DNA of 37,691 bases from a virus, in the IMG/VR virus record IMGVR_UViG_3300011593_000002, positions 1 to 37,691 of that record. One strand, 5' to 3'. This document shows, piece by piece, positions 33,302-37,691 of this stretch. The first letter of the stretch is position 1. Each line of letters opens with the position of its first letter. The notes beneath the pieces are model-generated. The model saw nothing but the letters and a program-made list of their open reading frames with translations. It did no database searches and was not told where the DNA came from. A program made the translations under genes and the position numbers.

Positions 33302-33739
33302 ATGCAACACGATTCTAACGTAGAAACACCACAAGCGGAAATTCCTGAATATCTTCGCTGTGAACCACGTACCTTTAAAGTTACTCACCACATGAGTGAT
33401 ACGTGTGATCTTCAGTTCACATTAGTCATTAAATGCACAGATGAAATGCTGCATGAACACAATACATTCTGGTCAAATCATCAAAATAGATTAGATGAGA
33501 ATGGGGGAGACATCGTCAAAGTCATGTTAAAGATGATTGCGGTTGACGTTTTCAATGCGTGTTTTCAAGGAAAAGATAATGTCGGGTATCCACCATACAG
33601 ATGGGGAATTAACACCATTTTTCAGAAAGAAGGTTGGGACTCAGATTGCTTTGAAATCACCAAACTCTATTTTGATAATTACATCAGCGGTGATGATTTT
33701 GAGTTTGAACCGGTTCAAGCAGAAGGAGCTTCATCATGA
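33302..33739 (+). CDS. Hypothetical protein
   Basis: 145 aa, AGGAG SD upstream. Confidence 0.55.
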   Translation: MQHDSNVETPQAEIPEYLRCEPRTFKVTHHMSDTCDLQFTLVIKCTDEMLHEHNTFWSNHQNRLDENGGDIVKVMLKMIAVDVFNACFQGKDNVGYPPYRWGINTIFQKEGWDSDCFEITKLYFDNYISGDDFEFEPVQAEGASS

Positions 33740-33960
33740 GCGAAATCTCTACTGCAGTTCTAACACCGCACTTAAATCATCCAAACTTTTCCGGTGGTAG
33801 CGACTACTGCAAACGTTGCAACTATGCACATAAAAAAAGAAAGGAACCACTGGTACCACGGCCATTATCTGACTATGAAAGAAAATTTCGTCAAAGATGG
33901 TCAAATCAGCAAGTTGTAATTCTTAAAAATATGCCAAGCAATGCAGTACTGGGAGCTTAA
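33736..33960 (+). CDS. Hypothetical protein
   Basis: 74 aa, ATGA overlap with the previous gene. Confidence 0.45.
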   Translation: MSEISTAVLTPHLNHPNFSGGSDYCKRCNYAHKKRKEPLVPRPLSDYERKFRQRWSNQQVVILKNMPSNAVLGA

Positions 33961-33962
33961 CC

Positions 33963-34451
33963 ATGTCAGAGAAAACAGAATTACATCTGAAATTTGAGTC
34001 AATAATGGGCAATGACTTAAAAGATTTTATCTGGAATGAAGATCTGGAATGTTATGACGACTACACAACTGAAATTTGTTGGCTAACATTTTTGAACTCA
34101 ATTCAGTATTTAACGCTCGATAATCACTGCATGATTGGCCAAACATGGTTTATGAAGGGTACGCCAGTAGCGAATCTGATCAAACATGCCGAACAGGTTT
34201 ATAAAGCCGAAGCGATCACTCAAAACTCAAAAATCAAATTTGGTACAGATGACAATAGATCCTGGTTTGCGCATGACGTTCCATTTTTTGGGACTGTTCA
34301 GATGGATCAATATGAAGAGCACGGAATAGTGGAATGGGACATTCATTTTAATGAGTGCTGGCAAGGCCCTTTCAATTCTAAAGCACGCTGCATCCAGCAT
34401 CTTGAAGAATGCATTCAAGAAATGCGTGAAGAACAGGCTCAGGAGGGATAA
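33963..34451 (+). CDS. Hypothetical protein
   Basis: 162 aa, tightly packed. Confidence 0.5.
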   Translation: MSEKTELHLKFESIMGNDLKDFIWNEDLECYDDYTTEICWLTFLNSIQYLTLDNHCMIGQTWFMKGTPVANLIKHAEQVYKAEAITQNSKIKFGTDDNRSWFAHDVPFFGTVQMDQYEEHGIVEWDIHFNECWQGPFNSKARCIQHLEECIQEMREEQAQEG

Positions 34452-34454
34452 ATC

Positions 34455-34766
34455 ATGTCTAAATATCATTGTAAATGTGGTGGTCTTATTCTTCCTGATT
34501 TTGATTCATTCAAGGTGGGTGATGAAGTCAATTGCATGCTCGAAACCCGTAAACCTATTGGTAATGGACTTGTAAGCATCAATCAAAAAGCTTTCATCGG
34601 AAAAATTATCGATATCAGTGGAGATGAGTTCAGTATCAAATCAAAAAACAAAATCTATGAGTTCAACAGAAGAGAGTTTTCTCCAATCGATGCACCAGGG
34701 CCAATTGAATATTTCCGAATTGGTAAATGTCGCTGTGAATTAGACCAGGAGAAGTCTAATGGCTAA
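34455..34766 (+). CDS. Hypothetical protein
   Basis: 103 aa. Confidence 0.5.
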   Translation: MSKYHCKCGGLILPDFDSFKVGDEVNCMLETRKPIGNGLVSINQKAFIGKIIDISGDEFSIKSKNKIYEFNRREFSPIDAPGPIEYFRIGKCRCELDQEKSNG

Positions 34767-34959
34767 AAACTCAAAATTTGCCATCACCCGTGGTGGATGG
34801 TGGCCATGCGAAGAAAAAGTCTTACTTTCAATGCTTAAAGATCATTATCCGGTGCACCGCATTGCAGAAGTACTTCAGCGTGATCGAATGGGCGTACATG
34901 CAAAAATAAACGTGATGAAACGTCAAGGTTTGATTGATATGGGAGTACTAGCAGCATGA
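34759..34959 (+). CDS. Small hypothetical protein, possibly HTH (Myb/SANT- or GcrA-like)
   Basis: 66 aa. W.PCEEKVLLSMLKDHYPVHRIAEVLQRDRMGVHAKI has a W..eE..L....g....IA layout. Confidence 0.4.
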   Translation: MAKNSKFAITRGGWWPCEEKVLLSMLKDHYPVHRIAEVLQRDRMGVHAKINVMKRQGLIDMGVLAA

Positions 34960-35309
34960 GAGGAATCAATAAAGTTATTCTGGTCGGATCACTCGGCGCA
35001 AATCCAATTGCTAAGCATTTCCCTAACGGCAGCGGTTACGCGCAATTTTCAATTGCAACAAGTGAACGTTGGCAAGATAAACAAACGGGTGAATATCGTG
35101 AAAATACCGAATGGCATCGCATCGTAGCGCATGGCCGTTTGGGTGAAATTGCATGCCAATATCTAAAAAAAGGCTCAAAAGTCTATATCGAAGGTTCATT
35201 ACACACACGTAAATGGACAGATCAAAACCGACAAGAAAACTACATCACGGAAGTGAAAGTTCATAGCCTTCAAGCACTTGATAGTGCTCCGATTGCAAGT
35301 CCAGTGTGA
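34956..35309 (+). CDS. ssb: Single-stranded DNA-binding protein (OB fold only, no acidic C-terminal tail)
   Basis: 117 aa. INKVILVGSLGANP......NG...A.FSIATSE.W.DK.TGE..E.TEWHR.V..G.L.E.A..YL.KGS.VYIEG.L.TRKW aligns along its length with E. coli SSB residues 1-110. Confidence 0.9.
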   Translation: MRGINKVILVGSLGANPIAKHFPNGSGYAQFSIATSERWQDKQTGEYRENTEWHRIVAHGRLGEIACQYLKKGSKVYIEGSLHTRKWTDQNRQENYITEVKVHSLQALDSAPIASPV

Positions 35310-35319
35310 GGTAAACAAT

Positions 35320-36045
35320 ATGACTGCTCTCATTTTTGATACAGAAACACATAAACTGCATGGCGATATTATTGAAGCTGCAGCGATGGAAGTTCATTTT
35401 CAGCCATTTACTGATTATCCAATCATTCCAACTATGTTTGATTTCACTAAACGCTATAAACCAAGTGAACCAATCTCAATTGCAGCGATGGCCATACATC
35501 ATATTGTGGATGAAGATCTTGTTAAGTGTCCTTCATTTACCAAGTTCAAACTGCCAAAAGATAATATTGAATATCTGATCGGCCATAATATTGACTACGA
35601 CATCGAAGCGATTGAACGTGCTGGTACAGATACATCGAGCATCAAGCGAATCTGCACATTGGCAATGGCCAGATACCTCTGGCCACATTTTGAGTCTCAT
35701 AAATTAACAGCTTTGGCTTATCAATTAAGCTCTGATCGGAAAGCAACAAGGCGAGGTGTGAGAGGTGCTCATTCTGCTTTGAATGATTGCAAAACAACAC
35801 ATGCGCTTTTATTGAATATTGTCCGAGTAAGACAAATCAAATCAATGGAAGAGCTTTATCAATTTTCACAAATGGCCAGAATACCCACCCATATTTTTTA
35901 TGGCCCTCATCGAGGTAAAGCCATTGCAGACCTATCCAGCTATGATCTGGAATACATTGCAAGAAAGTCAGATGATCAATATTTACTGACTGCAATCGAA
36001 GCTGAACTTCATTCACGCGAAGAAGAGGAGCTTCCTTTCATTTAA
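35320..36045 (+). CDS. DEDDh 3'-5' exonuclease (DnaQ-like)
   Basis: 241 aa from the ATG at 35320 (GAGG SD). IFDTET (Exo I), GHNIDYD (Exo II), HSALNDC (Exo III, H-x4-D). Confidence 0.8.
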   Translation: MTALIFDTETHKLHGDIIEAAAMEVHFQPFTDYPIIPTMFDFTKRYKPSEPISIAAMAIHHIVDEDLVKCPSFTKFKLPKDNIEYLIGHNIDYDIEAIERAGTDTSSIKRICTLAMARYLWPHFESHKLTALAYQLSSDRKATRRGVRGAHSALNDCKTTHALLLNIVRVRQIKSMEELYQFSQMARIPTHIFYGPHRGKAIADLSSYDLEYIARKSDDQYLLTAIEAELHSREEEELPFI

Positions 36046-36067
36046 GCTGCTCAAAAGCACCTTTCAT

Positions 36068-36095
36068 GCACCTCCGAACGGAGGTGCAATCTTTT
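36068..36095 (+). terminator. Terminator-like hairpin after the exonuclease gene
   Basis: Stem GCACCTCC / GGAGGTGC with loop GAAC, then AATCTTTT. Confidence 0.5.
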
Positions 36096-36139
36096 AAAAT
36101 AACCCCAATCATTCAAGATACTTAAATGTAGGACTTTCC

Positions 36140-37300
36140 ATGTCTGCAGGATTAGAAATTCGCGGAAAATCGATGCGCATCTGGATGCGACCGATCGCAA
36201 CTGAACCACTAATTAAAGAAACACTCGACTGGCCATTTACACCAGAAAATCAGGAACGCGCAGAGAAGCTGGCCAACCTCATTAAATTGGAGATCCAGCT
36301 CGATCAATTTCAACTGGCCAAACACTTCCCAAACTCTAAAAATATTAAAAAAAATCAAGTCAGCTACTATGCCCAGCAATATCTTGATCAAACCATAAGA
36401 GAAGTTGCACCGAGTACATATGATTCTTATCGTGGTCATGTAAACAACCATATCGTCCCTAAATTTGGGAAAATTCATCCAAAAGATATCAATACCAACA
36501 TGCTTAAAAGATGGATTGAAGATCTAAAGGAGTCGCTAAACAACAAAACAGTGCGAGAAATAATTACTCGGTTCGCGCAGATCCATGCGATCTGGAGAGA
36601 TGAAAAGCAAATGCCCTATAACCCATTTGAAAATATTGTGATTCATCAGCTTGATCCACCAGAGCCGGATCCATTTAGCAAAGTCGAAATCGCCATGATT
36701 TTAAATACTGAAACAGATCTCGATATTCAAAATCTATTGCCATGCTTATTCTGGACTGGACTTTCAATGTCAGAACAAATTCCTATCGCTTGGGAAGATA
36801 TCGATCTGGAGAACGGTACCATTCAAATATCCAGATCCTATGTCCGGGGTATTTATCGCGTCACTAAAAACCGACGTAGAAAAAGACGAATCAAGCTGCT
36901 CGAACCGGCTATTCAAGCACTTAAAAAGCAATATCAAACTACAGGTAATACAAGACCAAAAACCATTGAAGTACTGCAGCGTGACAACAAGACCAAACGT
37001 ATAGAAAAAGTCCGCTTTGTTTGGGGCAATCATGAACGCTCAAATCACTTCGAATACCACGAACTCAGGTACCGCTGGAATAAACATTTAAAAAAAGCGA
37101 AGGTACGTGGGCGTGGAATCAATCAAGGTCGGCATACCTTTGCCAGCCAGCTTTTAACCTCAGGCCAAGTTCCTCCGGAGTGGATTGCAGAGCAGCTTGG
37201 TCATAGTGATACGTCAATGATTTATAAGCATTATGGAAAGTTAATCGCAGAAGATCTGCCTGACTACATCACAAAGCTGAATAACTATATTTCGATGTAA
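36140..37300 (+). CDS. int: Tyrosine integrase with an N-terminal arm-type DNA-binding domain
   Basis: 386 aa. GLEIRGKSMRIWM is a lambda-like arm-binding N-terminus. GRHTFASQLL (box II HxxR) and LGHSDTSMIYKHYGKL (catalytic Tyr). Last gene before the right att. Confidence 0.9.
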   Translation: MSAGLEIRGKSMRIWMRPIATEPLIKETLDWPFTPENQERAEKLANLIKLEIQLDQFQLAKHFPNSKNIKKNQVSYYAQQYLDQTIREVAPSTYDSYRGHVNNHIVPKFGKIHPKDINTNMLKRWIEDLKESLNNKTVREIITRFAQIHAIWRDEKQMPYNPFENIVIHQLDPPEPDPFSKVEIAMILNTETDLDIQNLLPCLFWTGLSMSEQIPIAWEDIDLENGTIQISRSYVRGIYRVTKNRRRKRRIKLLEPAIQALKKQYQTTGNTRPKTIEVLQRDNKTKRIEKVRFVWGNHERSNHFEYHELRYRWNKHLKKAKVRGRGINQGRHTFASQLLTSGQVPPEWIAEQLGHSDTSMIYKHYGKLIAEDLPDYITKLNNYISM

Positions 37301-37350
37301 TGAAACTTACTTTTTAATTACTTCAAAATAGACATAATATTTTTACTATA

Positions 37351-37378
37351 AGTGCCTAAATATTAAGGCACTTTTTTT
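37351..37378 (+). terminator. Rho-independent terminator after int
   Basis: Stem AGTGCCT / AGGCACT, 8-nt loop, T7 run. Confidence 0.75.
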
Positions 37379-37582
37379 ATTTATTACTCCATTACTTCAT
37401 TTTAAGTCTATTCAATAAAGAAGTATAAGTCATTGAAAAATAATGATGGAAAAAACATCAATAATCAAAGTATGAGTAAGTTTGATTCAGATCAAAATAT
37501 GACTAAATTCCCATATTCAACCCATCTATCAGATGCGTGTAAGCTAAGTTATTAATAAATATAGAGCTAATACATAGATTAT

Positions 37583-37611
37583 GGTGGGTTCGAATCCCGT
37601 CATTCACCCCA
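37583..37611 (+). pseudogene. 3' fragment of a second tRNA (His-like T-arm + acceptor + CCA)
   Basis: GGTGGGTTCGAATCCCGTCATTCACCCCA resembles the 3' end of E. coli tRNA-His (..GGGTTCGAATCCC.T.A..CACCCCA). The sequence upstream of it does not fold as D or anticodon arms. Confidence 0.55.
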
Positions 37612-37615
37612 ATTT

Positions 37616-37691
37616 CGGAGCATAGCACAGCCTGGTAGTGCACCTGGTTTGGGACCAGGGGGTCGTAGGTTCGAATCCTACTGCTCCGACC
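37616..37691 (+). tRNA. tRNA-Pro (anticodon UGG); last A of CCA lies outside the window
   Basis: CGGAGCA acceptor pairs with TGCTCCG. D-arm GCACAGCCTGGTAGTGC, anticodon loop TTTGGGA, T-arm GTAGGTTCGAATCCTAC. Positions 37620-37691 are identical to 1-72. Confidence 0.92.

Larger units (their letters stand above)
74..37615. mobile_element. P2-like (Peduovirus-type) prophage, apparently complete, between two tRNA-Pro copies
   Basis: Collinear P2 gene order Q P O N M L X, lysis, R S V W J I H FI FII E T U D, plus ogr-like, repressor, replication and integrase genes. It is flanked by a 72-nt direct repeat. Exact att crossover points are not determinable from the window. Confidence 0.9.

Noticed and set aside
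37561-37582. Extension of the His-like tRNA fragment upstream, since TAGAGC at about 37563-37568 resembles a D-stem end.
   Set aside because: The intervening sequence cannot form an anticodon stem-loop. The similarity to a tRNA begins only at the T-arm (37583).

Overview
The window is one apparently complete P2-like temperate myovirus prophage of about 37.5 kb. The host looks like an AT-rich gammaproteobacterium, and Acinetobacter/Moraxellaceae is only a guess from sequence style. The window is bounded by a 72-nt direct repeat that is a tRNA-Pro(UGG) gene (1-73, cut by the window edge, and 37616-37691). A 3' fragment of a second, His-like tRNA sits just before the right copy.

Gene order from left to right:
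- An AT-rich att arm, then a GC-rich candidate cos site.
- A P2-type morphogenesis block: Q and P leftward, then O N M L X, a lysis cassette, R S V W J I H, then FI FII E/E+E' T U D.
- A com-like zinc-finger gene overlapping a Dam-type methyltransferase (reverse strand).
- An Ogr-type late activator followed by three small ORFs.
- An AT-rich three-gene reverse-strand cargo operon.
- A second immunity-like module: paired operators, a structured RNA, small hydrophobic ORFs and a Rha-family gene.
- A CI-like repressor divergent from ribbon-helix-helix (RHH) early genes.
- A Toprim primase / P-loop helicase fusion, small ORFs, SSB, a DEDDh exonuclease and a tyrosine integrase next to attR.

Main points for follow-up:
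1. The uncharacterised cargo operon at 24841-27211. It encodes a tandem TerB-like + BRCT protein, a Sec-signal protein and a Zn-ribbon protein. Its promoter carries the same 12-mer as the early-promoter/operator region.
2. A structured leader RNA resembling phage P1 c4. One of its loops is perfectly complementary to the RBS of a downstream small ORF that precedes the Rha gene.
3. A G9 tract inside the depolymerase-type tail-fibre gene.
4. A conserved AGTTGT-N13-ACAACT dyad upstream of three late operons.
5. A duplicated hairpin module at the H-FI junction, which is the Z/fun hotspot position in P2.

All functional calls come from reading the translated ORFs and remembered family motifs. No database search was possible.
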